Shown one piece after another: positions 8,197 to 18,921 of a stretch of 64,000 bases of DNA; positions within the stretch are counted from its first letter, which is position 1; each line of letters starts with the position of its first letter. Under the pieces are notes generated by a model. That model saw only the letters and a program-made list of their open reading frames with translations, searched no databases and was not told where the DNA came from. The translations under genes were made by a program, and so were the position numbers. This stretch comes from an uncultured Verrucomicrobiae bacterium. Lineage in GTDB: Bacteria; Verrucomicrobiota; Verrucomicrobiia; Limisphaerales; Palsa-1400. The DNA lies in the NCBI GenBank assembly GCA_963702845.1, contig OY969763.1, positions 4,000,001 through 4,064,000 on the forward strand, in the 5' to 3' direction.

Positions 8197-8484
8197 ATGA
8201 AACATGGCATTTTGCTACATGAATCTCACGACGATGTCGGTGTCGCCGTTGAGGATTTGAAAAAAGGAAGCACCGTCGGCGCGTTGACCCTCGAAGGAAA
8301 AGCCGCTGGAAAAGTAAAACTTCTCCACAACGTTCCGCTCGGTCACAAAGTCGCTCTTCGCGACCTCGCCAAAGACAAACCCGTCATCAAATACGGCCGT
8401 CCCGTGGGCAAAGCCGTCGCCGACATCAAGCGCGGCGCACATGTCCACACCCACAACGTCAAAACCCTGAGGTGGTCAGTATGA
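8197..8484 (+). CDS. UxaA-family SAF-domain small subunit (SuyA-like)
   Basis: DDVGVA...VPLGHKVAL...VIKYG...[12 protein letters not shown] signature. Confidence 0.85.
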   Translation: MKHGILLHESHDDVGVAVEDLKKGSTVGALTLEGKAAGKVKLLHNVPLGHKVALRDLAKDKPVIKYGRPVGKAVADIKRGAHVHTHNVKTLRWSV

Positions 8485-9647
8485 TCAATCCAAAAAATCT
8501 TAAATTAACCGGCTACAAGCGCGCGAACGGTGCCTACGGCATCCGCAATCACGTTGTCATTCTCCCCGTCGACGACATCTCCAACGCTGCCGCAAACGGC
8601 GTCGCTGCCCTCATCAAAGGCACGATGGCCCTGCCCCATGCCTACGGACGTCTCCAATTCGGCGAAGATCTGGAACTGACCTTCCGCACACTCGCCGGCA
8701 CTGGCCGCAACGCTAACGTCGCTGCCGTCATCGTTATCGGCATCGAACCTGTCTGGACCGATCGCATCGTCAAAGACATCGCTCGCACCGGCAAACCCGT
8801 CGCTGGCTTCACCATCGAACGCACCGGTGACCTGATGACCATCGCCAATGCCGCACGCAAAGCGCAGGAATTCGTCCAATACGCGACCGAACTCCAACGC
8901 GTCCCGTTCCCGATCAACAAACTCGTCATGAGCACCAAGTGCGGCGAGTCCGACACCACCACCGGCCTTTCCTCTTGCCCGACCGTTGGTCGCGTGTTCG
9001 AACGCTTGGAAAAATGCGGCGCGACCATGATCTTCGGTGAAACCAGCGAACTCACTGGCGGCGAAGACATCATTCAATCCCGCTGCGTCAGCCCGAAAGT
9101 CCTCGCTGGCTTCAATGCCATGTTCGAAGACTATACGAACCTGATTAAAGGCCAGGGCGTTGACCTCCTCGGTTCACAACCCACCGAAGGCAACATCCGC
9201 GGCGGACTCACCACCATCGAAGAAAAAGCGATGGGCAACATCCAAAAAATTGGCCGTTGCAAAGTTCAATCTGCGCTCGAACCCGCGTTCGAACCCAAAG
9301 GTCCGGGACTGCATTTCATGGATTCATCCAGTGCAGCCGCCGAAATGATCACCCTTTGCGGCGCCGGCGGTTCAGTCGTGCATTACTTCCCGACTGGCCA
9401 AGGCAACGTCATCGGTAACCCGATCGTTCCCGTCATCAAACTCACCGGCAACCCGCTCACGACTCGGACAATGTCCGAACACGTCGACGTCGATGTCACC
9501 GGCATTCTCCGCATGGAAATGAACCTGGACCAAGCCGCTGACCACGCGTTGGAAGTGCTCCAACGCACCATCAACGGCCGATTCACTGCTGCCGAAGCCT
9601 TGCGTCACGACGAATTCGTCCTGACCAAACTCTACCGCAGCGCCTAA
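8481..9647 (+). CDS. UxaA-family hydrolase/dehydratase large subunit (SuyB/GarD-like)
   Basis: [46 protein letters not shown]-coupled to the small subunit. Confidence 0.88.
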   Translation: MINPKNLKLTGYKRANGAYGIRNHVVILPVDDISNAAANGVAALIKGTMALPHAYGRLQFGEDLELTFRTLAGTGRNANVAAVIVIGIEPVWTDRIVKDIARTGKPVAGFTIERTGDLMTIANAARKAQEFVQYATELQRVPFPINKLVMSTKCGESDTTTGLSSCPTVGRVFERLEKCGATMIFGETSELTGGEDIIQSRCVSPKVLAGFNAMFEDYTNLIKGQGVDLLGSQPTEGNIRGGLTTIEEKAMGNIQKIGRCKVQSALEPAFEPKGPGLHFMDSSSAAAEMITLCGAGGSVVHYFPTGQGNVIGNPIVPVIKLTGNPLTTRTMSEHVDVDVTGILRMEMNLDQAADHALEVLQRTINGRFTAAEALRHDEFVLTKLYRSA

Positions 9648-9648
9648 G

Positions 9649-9674
9649 GTAGGGACGGTCGCGCTGCGCCGTCC
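9649..9674 (+). repeat. REP-like GTAG palindrome; related copies at 14305-14327 (-), 15574-15597 (-), 27116-27141 (+)
   Basis: GTAGGGACGGTCGCGCTGCGCCGTCC versus GTAGGGCGCGTCGCTCCGCGCCC; all lie just after stop codons. Confidence 0.65.
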
Positions 9675-9684
9675 ACTCACTCTC

Positions 9685-9716
9685 AAGCCCCGTCACGAAA
9701 GTGGCGGGGCTTTTTT
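9685..9716 (+). terminator. Rho-independent terminator
   Basis: AAGCCCCGTCAC-GAAA-GTGGCGGGGCTTTTTT. Confidence 0.85.
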
Positions 9717-9902
9717 ATTAAATTAATCTTCGACCTTCGCGAGAAATCCTTTTCCCGTTTTGGGATTTGAATTTTCTTTGGATTTTGAAGTTTGGATTTT
9801 GAAGTTTAATTCCCAATTCCCCCACCCCACCTCCTCCAAACCTGCAATCCCCTTTCCATCTCCCTCCCGTTCCAAAAAACCTACCCCCGCATAAATTCCG
9901 TC

Positions 9903-10778
9903 ATGAGCACAATCCGCACGAACGACGGCACCGAAATTTACTATAAAGATTGGGGCACCGGGCAACCCATCGTCTTTAGCCACGGCTGGCCGCTGAGCTC
10001 AGACGCCTTCGAAGACCAAATGTTCTTTCTCGCCGAACGCGGCTACCGTTGCATCGCCCACGACCGGCGCGGCCATGGCCGTTCCAGCCAGCCCTGGACC
10101 GGCAACGACCTCAACACCTACGCCGACGACCTCGCCGAACTCGTCCAGGAACTCGAGCTCACCGATGCCATCCACATCGGTCACTCCACAGGCGGTGGTG
10201 AAGTGACTCGCTACATCGCGCGGCACGGAACCGACCGCGTCGCCAAAGCCGTCCTCATCTCCGCCATTCCACCGCTCATGCTCAAAACACCGAACAACCC
10301 CGGCGGCCTGCCCATCCAACCCTTCGACCAAATTCGTCAAGCCGTTCTCACCGACCGCTCCGCATTCTGGAACGATCTCAGCATGCTGTTCTACGGCTAT
10401 AACCGACCCGGCGCGAAAATCTCCGAAGGCGTCCGCCATTCATTTTGGCAACAAAGCATGATGGCTGGCCTGCCCAATGTTTACCAATGCATCAAGGCAT
10501 TCTCCGAAACCGATCAATACGAAGACCTCAAAAAATTCGACATCCCCACCCTCATCATCCAGGGCGACGACGACCAAATCGTCCCCTATTCCAACGCAGC
10601 GTTGCTCCAGGCAAAACTCATCAAAGGCGCAATCCTTAAAACCTACAAAGGCGCTCCGCACGGTCTCTGCACCACCCTGAAAGACCGCGTCAACCAAGAC
10701 CTCCTCGACTTCATCAAGAGTGACCAGACCTCAACAAAGTCTGCCCGCAAACAAAAGCCAGAGCCCGTCCTCCTCTAG
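9903..10778 (+). CDS. Alpha/beta hydrolase, non-heme chloroperoxidase/arylesterase family
   Basis: [22 protein letters not shown] nucleophile, [13 protein letters not shown]. Confidence 0.92.
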   Translation: MSTIRTNDGTEIYYKDWGTGQPIVFSHGWPLSSDAFEDQMFFLAERGYRCIAHDRRGHGRSSQPWTGNDLNTYADDLAELVQELELTDAIHIGHSTGGGEVTRYIARHGTDRVAKAVLISAIPPLMLKTPNNPGGLPIQPFDQIRQAVLTDRSAFWNDLSMLFYGYNRPGAKISEGVRHSFWQQSMMAGLPNVYQCIKAFSETDQYEDLKKFDIPTLIIQGDDDQIVPYSNAALLQAKLIKGAILKTYKGAPHGLCTTLKDRVNQDLLDFIKSDQTSTKSARKQKPEPVLL

Positions 10779-10803
10779 CAAATTGCGCGATCAACTCGGT
10801 CTC

Positions 10804-10834
10804 AAAGCCCCGCACGAAACTGCAGGGCTTTTTG
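10804..10834 (+). terminator. Rho-independent terminator
   Basis: AAAGCCC...GGGCTTTTTG hairpin after the hydrolase stop. Confidence 0.65.
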
Positions 10835-10970
10835 TTTTCTAGCCCTCTTCCTCTTTGTGATCTCTGCGCTCTCTGCGGTAAAATAATCTCCGCCTTTCTT
10901 CGCGTTCTTCGCGAGACACCACCTCTCCACAAATCCATTGGACAACCGTCAAACAGAGCTACATTAAAAT

Positions 10971-11351
10971 ATGGAACCCAGCGCACCAACAAATTCAGCA
11001 ACCGACATTGAACATCTGGAAGATTTCGGAGCCCGCCGGCTCCAAAGCGTCCACGCCGCCATTGAAGATTGGGACAACGTCTGCGCCTCGCTCCCCGCAT
11101 GGGAACAGGAAAACCTCACCAGTCCCTATGCAACCGACGACGCCTTGGCACAACACAACCAATGGCTCAAACAACTCCTCTTCTGGGGCCGCCTATATCA
11201 ACGAGCCCTCCGCCACCCCGACTTCCCCGACAAATCATTGGCCGAACGCGTTGAAAACCGCATTTGCCATTTAGAAGACAAATACTCCATCTGGCACGCC
11301 GGCATGACCGGCGAAGATGAAGAGCGGATCCTGAAAGACGCCTTCGACTGA
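10971..11351 (+). CDS. Hypothetical protein
   Basis: 126 aa ORF with codon usage like neighbouring genes; no recognised motif. Confidence 0.55.
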   Translation: MEPSAPTNSATDIEHLEDFGARRLQSVHAAIEDWDNVCASLPAWEQENLTSPYATDDALAQHNQWLKQLLFWGRLYQRALRHPDFPDKSLAERVENRICHLEDKYSIWHAGMTGEDEERILKDAFD

Positions 11352-11452
11352 TCCGCAGACCACCGTTTGCATTCTGAAACCCGTAATTCGGCTACACGGA
11401 TAAACCGTGTTCCATCCGTGGTCGACCCGTGGCAAAATAAAGCATCGTTCAA

Positions 11453-11875
11453 ATGACCGACGCATCCATCACTCGATACATTACCGGAACATTTCCCAAC
11501 GTGGAAACCGCCGAAAACTTCGGCTACACCTTTTTCTTCTACGGCGCGGAGCGCATGCTTCCGTTCGCCACACTCGCCACCGCCGACAACGACTACGACC
11601 GCGTCTCCAATCTCGACCGCCCCGGAGTCTTCCGCCTCAACATCGGCATCACCAAACAAACATTCCAAGCGCTATTCGGGCCGGGCCTTATCGATGTCAG
11701 CACCTACGACTACACCGCCTTAGACAAAATCATGCCGCACCCGGATTACTCCCCGCAAAATTTCATCTGCGTCCTCAGTCCGAGCGATTCGACCTGGGAA
11801 AAAGTCCGCGAATTACTAGCCGAAGCCCATACCATCGCCGCCACCCGCCACGCAAAACGCAAAAAAGATCAATGA
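11453..11875 (+). CDS. DUF6194-like protein
   Basis: FFFY...PFATL...[14 protein letters not shown]...DYTALD.IMPHP.Y pattern. Confidence 0.7.
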   Translation: MTDASITRYITGTFPNVETAENFGYTFFFYGAERMLPFATLATADNDYDRVSNLDRPGVFRLNIGITKQTFQALFGPGLIDVSTYDYTALDKIMPHPDYSPQNFICVLSPSDSTWEKVRELLAEAHTIAATRHAKRKKDQ

Positions 11876-11915
11876 CCCAAACACGGCAGGCCTAAAGGTC
11901 CCGAGACATAGGGAG

Positions 11916-12746
11916 ATGTTGTCACCCAACCCACTCTTGCACTCCCCATCCATTCACCCTACGTTTGACAACGTGATCTCAAGGAGACCGATCATCGCGA
12001 AGGCCGCGTTCACATTAATCGAATTGCTCGTCGTCATAGCAATCATCGCCATCATTGCGGCCTTGCTGCTGCCAACCCTCGCCCGCTCCAAAAACGCCGC
12101 GCACTCCGCGAATTGTAAGAGCAATCTCAGACAACTGGGCACCAGTCTCCACATGTTTGTGTCCGATAACCGCTGCTATCCAACCAACGCTTTCCAGACC
12201 AAGCCCCTGTCCCCTCCAAACTCGGACAGATTCTGGCTGGGCAAACTGGCGCGTGAAGGACTTGGCATCCCTCGACCATCCACTAATTTCCAACGCAGCG
12301 GCGTGTGGCGTTGTCCGACAGCACGCTGGAGCGATTCGATGAAAACCGGAAACGACCTGAATAATTTCACTGATTACGGTTACAACGACGATAAGTTCGC
12401 TGGCAAAGGGCTACTCGACAGCACCAATAAATTTGGGCTCGAGGGACATTATCGTCCCGGTCCCGGTTTCGCGTCCGCTTGGCCTTTCATTCCAATCGCC
12501 GAGAACGAAATAGTCGCACCGAGCGAGATGATGGCCATGGGCGATTGCTTTGAAGCCAACGCGCTGTTCACCCGTAGGCGAATCGATGTTTTTACCGAAT
12601 TCGGAAATATCCTCGATCGGCACCAGGGCAAGGCTGAAGTAGTATTCTGCGACGGCCACGTCGAATCGCCCACCCTCCAATTCCTCCTCGAAGACACCAC
12701 TGACGCGGCACTCGCTCGCTGGAACTACGACCATCAGCCCCACTGA
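11916..12746 (+). CDS. Prepilin-type N-terminal cleavage/methylation protein with H-X9-DG motif (true start may be ~11973)
   Basis: [42 protein letters not shown]. Confidence 0.88.
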   Translation: MLSPNPLLHSPSIHPTFDNVISRRPIIAKAAFTLIELLVVIAIIAIIAALLLPTLARSKNAAHSANCKSNLRQLGTSLHMFVSDNRCYPTNAFQTKPLSPPNSDRFWLGKLAREGLGIPRPSTNFQRSGVWRCPTARWSDSMKTGNDLNNFTDYGYNDDKFAGKGLLDSTNKFGLEGHYRPGPGFASAWPFIPIAENEIVAPSEMMAMGDCFEANALFTRRRIDVFTEFGNILDRHQGKAEVVFCDGHVESPTLQFLLEDTTDAALARWNYDHQPH

Positions 12747-12920
12747 TCTTCGCGCCCATTGCGTCCGTCGCGAGACACGCCTTCGCAACCCCGCTTGCAC
12801 TTTCCTGCATTTCACACCGCAATTTTTGGTGCCTTTTCACGATTTTCGTGCACACAATCGGACGCTCCTCCTCCGTTTTTTACTTCATCCTTCAACCTTG
12901 AGCCTTTAGCCTTGGGGACA

Positions 12921-14300
12921 ATGCCTGCTCAAGAAGTCATCGCGGAACTCCAGAAAATCGTCGGGAACAAAGACGTCCTCACCTCTAAAGAGGACCTCAT
13001 CACTTATTCCTTCGATGGCACCGCCGCCATGAGCCAAATGCCCGGCTGCGTTGTGTTCGTCGAAAACGCCCAGGAAGTCTCCGCCATTCTGAAATTGGCC
13101 AACGAGAAAAAATTTGCCGTCGTCACTCGCGGTTCCGGCACCGGCCTGAGCGGCGGCAGTTTGCCCAGTCCCGACTGCGTTGTCATGTGCACGGTTAAGA
13201 TGGACAAAATCCTCGAACTCGACCGCGCCAATCTCACCATGCTCGTCGAACCCGGCGTGATCACCTTGCAAGTCGCCGACGCCGCGATGGCCGCCGGACT
13301 TTTTTATCCGCCCGATCCTGGCTCGATGAAAATCTCCACCATCGGCGGCAACGTCGCCGAAAATTCCGGCGGCCTGCGCGGGTTGAAATACGGCATCACC
13401 CGCAACTACGTCATGGGCCTCGAAGTCGTTTTGCCCAGTGGTGAAATCATGACTACCGGCAACAAATGCGTCAAAGACGTCGCCGGCTATTCGCTCAAAG
13501 ACATTTTCATCGGCTCCGAAGGAACGCTCGGCGTCATCACCAAAGTTTTGCTGAAGTTGATTCCGAAACCCGCCGCGAAAAAAACGATGGTCGCGACTTT
13601 CTCGCAAATGGACAAAGCCGCCGAAGCGGTCTCCGCCATCATCGCCGCGCAAATCATTCCTTGCACCCTCGAGTTCCTCGACCGCACCACCATTCACTGC
13701 GTCGAAGACTACGCCAAGATTGGTCTGCCGTTGGATTGCGAAGCGTTGCTCCTGATGGAAACCGACGGCCATCCCGCCGCCGTCGCCGACGAGGCCGCCA
13801 GCATGGAAAAAATCTGCCGCGAAAAAGGCTGCATGGAATTCCGCACCGCCGCCGATGACGCCGAAGCCACCAAACTCGCGAGCGCCCGCCGCAGCGCCTT
13901 CTCGGCCCTCGCGCGTGTCGCGCCCACCACAATTTTAGAAGACGCCACCGTCCCACGTAGCGAACTGGCCAAGATGATTCGTTTCGTCGAAGCCATCGCC
14001 ATCAAATACAAACTGCGCATTGGCACCTTCGGCCACATGGGCGACGGCAATTTGCACCCAACCTTCCTGACCGACGAACGCAACAAAGAAGAAATGCATC
14101 GCATCGAAGAAGCCTTCAAAGAAATCTTCGACGAAGCCATCCGTCTCGGGGGCACCATCACCGGCGAACACGGCATCGGTATGGCCAAAAAATCCTTCCT
14201 GCCCAAATTTCTCGGCGAAGCGCAAATGCGCGTCACCCGCGAAATCCGTCGCACCCTGGATCCAAACGGAATCCTCAACCCCGGCAAAATGTTCGATTAA
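12921..14300 (+). CDS. glcD: FAD-linked oxidase, glycolate oxidase subunit GlcD-like
   Basis: [62 protein letters not shown] 12921. Confidence 0.85.
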   Translation: MPAQEVIAELQKIVGNKDVLTSKEDLITYSFDGTAAMSQMPGCVVFVENAQEVSAILKLANEKKFAVVTRGSGTGLSGGSLPSPDCVVMCTVKMDKILELDRANLTMLVEPGVITLQVADAAMAAGLFYPPDPGSMKISTIGGNVAENSGGLRGLKYGITRNYVMGLEVVLPSGEIMTTGNKCVKDVAGYSLKDIFIGSEGTLGVITKVLLKLIPKPAAKKTMVATFSQMDKAAEAVSAIIAAQIIPCTLEFLDRTTIHCVEDYAKIGLPLDCEALLLMETDGHPAAVADEAASMEKICREKGCMEFRTAADDAEATKLASARRSAFSALARVAPTTILEDATVPRSELAKMIRFVEAIAIKYKLRIGTFGHMGDGNLHPTFLTDERNKEEMHRIEEAFKEIFDEAIRLGGTITGEHGIGMAKKSFLPKFLGEAQMRVTREIRRTLDPNGILNPGKMFD

Positions 14301-14374
14301 GGTCGGGCGCGGAGCGACGCGCCCTACCAAATTCTAATTGCGTTTCACTCACATTAAGCAAACATTCGCCCCGC

Positions 14375-15550
14375 ATGAAAAAGACCGGTAAATTCGCAGC
14401 ATATCCGAGGTTGAACCCGCTCGGCATCGGCAAAAACATTTCCGCCGCCGACCTGATCGACCAAACATTTTTGGCCTATAACGGCGGCCGCCTCCGCGAA
14501 GCCGCGAAACTGCTCACCGACAAAATGCTGCCGAATAACGGCTTCGTCGGCATGAGCCTCACCGGCGCGCTCACTCCCGCCGGCCTCGGCAAGTCGTGCC
14601 TCATCCCGCTGATGAAAGCAGGCTTCGTCGATTGGATCGTCTCCACCGGCGCGAATCTTTATCACGATTTACACTACGGCCTGAACATGGAACTGTTTCA
14701 AGGTTCCCCGTTTCTCGACGACGTCGTGCTGCATCGCGACGGCGTCATTCGTATTTACGACATTCTGTTCGATTACAACGTCCTGCTCGACACCGACGCG
14801 TTCGTCCGCGAAGTCATTCAAGGTCCGGAATTCCAACGCACCATGGGCACCGACGAATTCCATTATCTCCTCGGCAAATACGTCTCCGAACGCAGCCGCC
14901 AATTGAAGTTGAAAGATAGTTCCGTTCTGGCGACAGCCTACGAATGCGGCATTCCCGTCTTCACCAGCAGTCCGGGCGACAGCTCGATCGGCATGAACGT
15001 CGCGGCCATGAGCATGCGCGATTTAAAACTAATTCCAGACGTGAATCGCGACGTGAACCAAACCGCCGCCATCGTTTACGAAGCCAAATCTTCGGGCCAC
15101 AAATCGTCCGTGTTTATTTTGGGCGGTGGTTCACCGAAAAATTTCATGCTCCAAACCGAGCCGCAAATTCAGGAAGTCATGGGTATCGAAGAAAAAGGTC
15201 ACGATTACTTCCTGCAATGCACCGACGCCCGTCCCGACACCGGTGGTCTCAGCGGCGCGACGCCTGCCGAAGCCGTCAGCTGGGGAAAAGTTGATCCCAA
15301 TTCCCTGCCCGATTGTGTTGTCGCCTATCTCGATTCGACGGTGTCGCTCCCGCTGCTCACGGCTTATGCTTTGAGCCGTTGCAAACCGCGCAAACAAAAG
15401 CGTCTCTACGATCGTCGCGACGCACTCTATGAAAAAGTGCGTTCGCTTTATCTGAAGATCGGCACCGTCTCGAAAATCAAGACGAGCCGCAAAATCGCGA
15501 AGCGCTCGAGTGGCGTTGTTGTGAATAAGACCCTCGACCGCGATCGTTAA
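14375..15550 (+). CDS. Deoxyhypusine synthase-like protein (homospermidine biosynthesis type)
   Basis: [41 protein letters not shown] with conserved Lys. Confidence 0.9.
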   Translation: MKKTGKFAAYPRLNPLGIGKNISAADLIDQTFLAYNGGRLREAAKLLTDKMLPNNGFVGMSLTGALTPAGLGKSCLIPLMKAGFVDWIVSTGANLYHDLHYGLNMELFQGSPFLDDVVLHRDGVIRIYDILFDYNVLLDTDAFVREVIQGPEFQRTMGTDEFHYLLGKYVSERSRQLKLKDSSVLATAYECGIPVFTSSPGDSSIGMNVAAMSMRDLKLIPDVNRDVNQTAAIVYEAKSSGHKSSVFILGGGSPKNFMLQTEPQIQEVMGIEEKGHDYFLQCTDARPDTGGLSGATPAEAVSWGKVDPNSLPDCVVAYLDSTVSLPLLTAYALSRCKPRKQKRLYDRRDALYEKVRSLYLKIGTVSKIKTSRKIAKRSSGVVVNKTLDRDR

Positions 15551-15606
15551 AAGCAAAACGCCGGGGAAAACGAGGCGCGCGGAGCGATGCGCCCAACCAT
15601 TTTGGC

Positions 15607-15644
15607 AAAAAAAATCCCCGTTGAAGGTTTCCCTTCAACAGGGA
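15607..15644 (-). terminator. Rho-independent terminator facing the minus strand
   Basis: Minus strand TCCCTGTTGAAGG-GAAA-CCTTCAACGGGGA followed by T8. Confidence 0.8.
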
Positions 15645-15890
15645 GTTTGGCTTAGCAGGGACTTACATGCGACATGAGGGAACCCAACGAAACCCCACAC
15701 CACTTCGGCCGCCTGCAAAGATTGTCCAAAACTTTTAAAGATCGCTCGGAGCGCTCAAGACGATCCGAGGCAAAAAGAACGTCTGCCGATTGAGTCAGCG
15801 TTTGTGTGTTGAGGATTCAGGAACGGGTCGGCATCTCTAAAGCGTTCCTCAACACACGCTGACTCTTAACTTCAGGTTCAGCTTGCGAGT
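15607..15890 (-). ncRNA. Candidate structured non-coding RNA (unassigned family)
   Basis: ORF-free region with its own minus-strand terminator, a 20 bp bulged stem (15792-15815/15846-15865), boxA-like TCTTTAAAA, putative -35/-10 at 15921-15916/15899-15894. Confidence 0.45.
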
Positions 15891-16097
15891 CCAACTCTAA
15901 GCTTCTATTCGCTTGTCACAACTCCTCTAAATACGGATTTTATGTCGGGTGGTGTACGGATGGCGTAATCCGTTGTAACTCCCTGCTCTGTCACTATTAC
16001 ATTCTCGGGAAAACCTCTATATCGGCTGATTTTGCTTGAAAACCCAGGGCTCTCCTGCGCTCAATTATAGGGAAATGTCCTGACCCCCTGACATCGA

Positions 16098-17351
16098 ATG
16101 TCGATGGGCGCGGACCCGCATTCTATGCCGTCGCGTATCTCAAGAGCTTTGTTGTTTGTTATCCTGGGACTGCTCAGTGTTTGCACTGGCTACACCCAAG
16201 GCCTCCACAAAACCAACGGTGTCGAAGTCACCCTCTACGATGCCGATCCCACGCACGTGGCCAATCGCGTTTACAAAGCGCTCTTTGCCTGGAAGAGCAA
16301 CGAAGAAGCGCCGCCCAGCCATTGGCCAAAACAAAAGATGGCGCTCGATACCGCCACCTTGAAAGCGGCGTTGGACGAACTGTTGCAAGTTAACATCTCC
16401 AAAGAATTTCCTGATCCGGTGAAGCGTGTGTTTCTACAGCGCGACCTGTGGCTGACCTTCGATTGGTTGGCTCAACAATCGTCCGCGATTGGTTCTGAGA
16501 ATCCAGTTATCGAACGCAAACTGGTGCGCTGCATTCAGCACATCGCATTGCCGCTGGCCCAATTGCGTCAGTTGCCGGATAACTATGATGAGCAACTTAC
16601 CAGCGACATTTTTCCGATCGAATTTGATCGTGCAAATCCAAACACGCCATTTCTGCCGGGCGGATTATGGACGCGCAACAGTGCTTGGATCATGGTTGGC
16701 GATCGGGACACTCGTGGCATTCTCGCCGCTCAACATGTTGATTTTTTCCGCGGTCACAGCGCCTATATGATTTTCGTTCGCGTGCCGGCTGGCCGCACAG
16801 CAACCATTAATTATCTAAACAAGCTGACCACCGCGGCAATGGCGCACAGCAAATTGCCGGAACTTCCCGAAGGCTCACAAATGGCGCTGGTCAACCAAAT
16901 CATGGCGATCGACGACAAAGGCATGCCCTTCCCCACCACCATCACCGAATCTGTTCAGGTCCGCGTTTATCGTCAGCCGAAGAAATCGTTGACCATGGCC
17001 AATGACGCACAATCGCGTTTCGAATTCCGTTTGGATCGCGCCGCATTGTTCGCACACAAGCCGGCTACGCTTCGTCCTATTGACGGAAAAGAAACGGACT
17101 GGGAATTCATCAATTATCTCGGACAGAAAAAAGCCGACGCTGAAGGCAAAGGCCAAATCATGGCAAGCTGCTTCGACTGCCATAACGAGGCCGGCGTCGA
17201 ATCATTCAAAACCTTTACAGAAATGCGCAACGGCGCCGCGCAAATGCACCACCTGACATTGTCGAAGCGCTCTGAAGAAGCAGGCCGCACCGTCACCTGG
17301 AAAAAGCGCCAGCGTGATTTTCAGTTGTTGCGCCAGTTCTGGGTGGAGTAG
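16098..17351 (+). CDS. Secreted hypothetical protein with one C-terminal CxxCH heme-c motif
   Basis: Signal-peptide-like N-terminus (start may be ATG 16125); SCFDCHN near the C-terminus. Confidence 0.65.
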   Translation: MSMGADPHSMPSRISRALLFVILGLLSVCTGYTQGLHKTNGVEVTLYDADPTHVANRVYKALFAWKSNEEAPPSHWPKQKMALDTATLKAALDELLQVNISKEFPDPVKRVFLQRDLWLTFDWLAQQSSAIGSENPVIERKLVRCIQHIALPLAQLRQLPDNYDEQLTSDIFPIEFDRANPNTPFLPGGLWTRNSAWIMVGDRDTRGILAAQHVDFFRGHSAYMIFVRVPAGRTATINYLNKLTTAAMAHSKLPELPEGSQMALVNQIMAIDDKGMPFPTTITESVQVRVYRQPKKSLTMANDAQSRFEFRLDRAALFAHKPATLRPIDGKETDWEFINYLGQKKADAEGKGQIMASCFDCHNEAGVESFKTFTEMRNGAAQMHHLTLSKRSEEAGRTVTWKKRQRDFQLLRQFWVE

Positions 17352-17363
17352 CCTCGCCTCGCG

Positions 17364-18770
17364 ATGCCATTTCCCAGAGTTTGTCGAATTCTCCTATTCG
17401 TTTTTGGCTGCGCAATTTTCTGCGCAGCTCAATCCAAAGCTCCACGGCCCAACATTGTTTTCGTCCTGATGGACGACCAACGCTGGGATGACCTCGGCTT
17501 TGCCGGACATCCATTCGTCCAAACGCCCAACATCGATCGCCTCGCCCACGAAGGCATTCGTTTCAATCACGCGTTCGTTACCACACCGCTGTGTTCCCCA
17601 AGCCGCGCCAGCTTTCTCACCGGCCAATACGCGCACACGCACGGCATCATCGACAACACCGCGCGCGACAAACATAGCCACGAATTAATCACGTGGCCGC
17701 GCCTGTTGCACGACGCTGGATACGAAGCGGGGTTCGTCGGCAAGTGGCACATGGGCCTTGATGACACGCCGCGGCCCGGTTTCGATTATTGGGTCAGCAT
17801 CCCCGGCCAGGGCCAATATCTCGATCCGCAAATCAACGACAACGGCAATCGCCACGTCATCAAAGGTTACGTCACCGACATTTTTTCCGACTACGCCGTG
17901 GACTTTCTCAAACGCAAACACGACAAACCATTCCTGCTTTGGGTCGCGCACAAAGCCGTCCATCCCGACCTACAACAAGCTGCCGACGGCACACTCTCGG
18001 ATCCATCCGCCGGAAAATTTATTCCCGCCGAACGTCACAAAAATTTGTATGCCGGCAAACCGATTCCACGCCGTCCAAATTACGGCATTCCACCAAAAGA
18101 CAAACCTGCTCTGGCGCGACAGGTCGATTCGTTACCGCCGCTCAGCGACAAAACCGGCACCGACGACGAAACCGTCCGCAATCGCCTGCGCATGGTGACT
18201 GCCGTCGACGAAGGAATAGGCCGGATGATTAAAGCGCTCGAAGACGCCGGACAGTTCGACAACACCGTGTTCGTGTTCACGAGCGACGAAGGCTATTTCT
18301 ACGGCGAACACGGCCTGAGCGTCGAACGCCGATTGGCATACGAAGAATCGGCGCTGATTCCGATTGTCATAAGATATCCGAAACGGATCAAACCCAATAC
18401 CGCCCGCGACGAAATGGTCCTCAACATCGATATCGCCCCGACGATGCTCGAACTCGGCGGCGTGAAAATTCCTGCTTCGATTCAAGGCCGCTCGCTCGTT
18501 CCACTTTTGGAAGGCACGACCGTCCCGTGGCGCGATTCATTCCTTATTGAATACTGGTCCGACAAAGTTTTCCCGCGCGTCTTGAAAATGGGCTACAAAG
18601 CCGTCCGCACTGATCGTTGGAAATACATCCATTACGTGGACCTCACCAACATGGACGAATTATACAACCTCCAACAGGACTCTTACGAACTCACCAACAT
18701 CATCAACACCGTTCGGGACCCGCGCGCACTGGGCCGCTTAAAAGAGGAACTCAGCCATCTAACCAAATAA
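17364..18770 (+). CDS. Formylglycine-dependent sulfatase
   Basis: PNIVFVLMDDQ, LCSPSRASFLTG, GKWHMG, TSDEG, ELYNL. Confidence 0.95.
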   Translation: MPFPRVCRILLFVFGCAIFCAAQSKAPRPNIVFVLMDDQRWDDLGFAGHPFVQTPNIDRLAHEGIRFNHAFVTTPLCSPSRASFLTGQYAHTHGIIDNTARDKHSHELITWPRLLHDAGYEAGFVGKWHMGLDDTPRPGFDYWVSIPGQGQYLDPQINDNGNRHVIKGYVTDIFSDYAVDFLKRKHDKPFLLWVAHKAVHPDLQQAADGTLSDPSAGKFIPAERHKNLYAGKPIPRRPNYGIPPKDKPALARQVDSLPPLSDKTGTDDETVRNRLRMVTAVDEGIGRMIKALEDAGQFDNTVFVFTSDEGYFYGEHGLSVERRLAYEESALIPIVIRYPKRIKPNTARDEMVLNIDIAPTMLELGGVKIPASIQGRSLVPLLEGTTVPWRDSFLIEYWSDKVFPRVLKMGYKAVRTDRWKYIHYVDLTNMDELYNLQQDSYELTNIINTVRDPRALGRLKEELSHLTK

Positions 18771-18921
18771 GCTGCTGGCTGGACCACTGATGGGTTAAAA
18801 AAATCAGCCCATGACAAAACCGTCATGCTGATCGGATTGAAGCGTATTGCAACTGCTCGCCCACACGATTATACCTCGTGTTGAATTAACAGGCACAGGC
18901 CAACCCGCTCGCAGAACTCAA

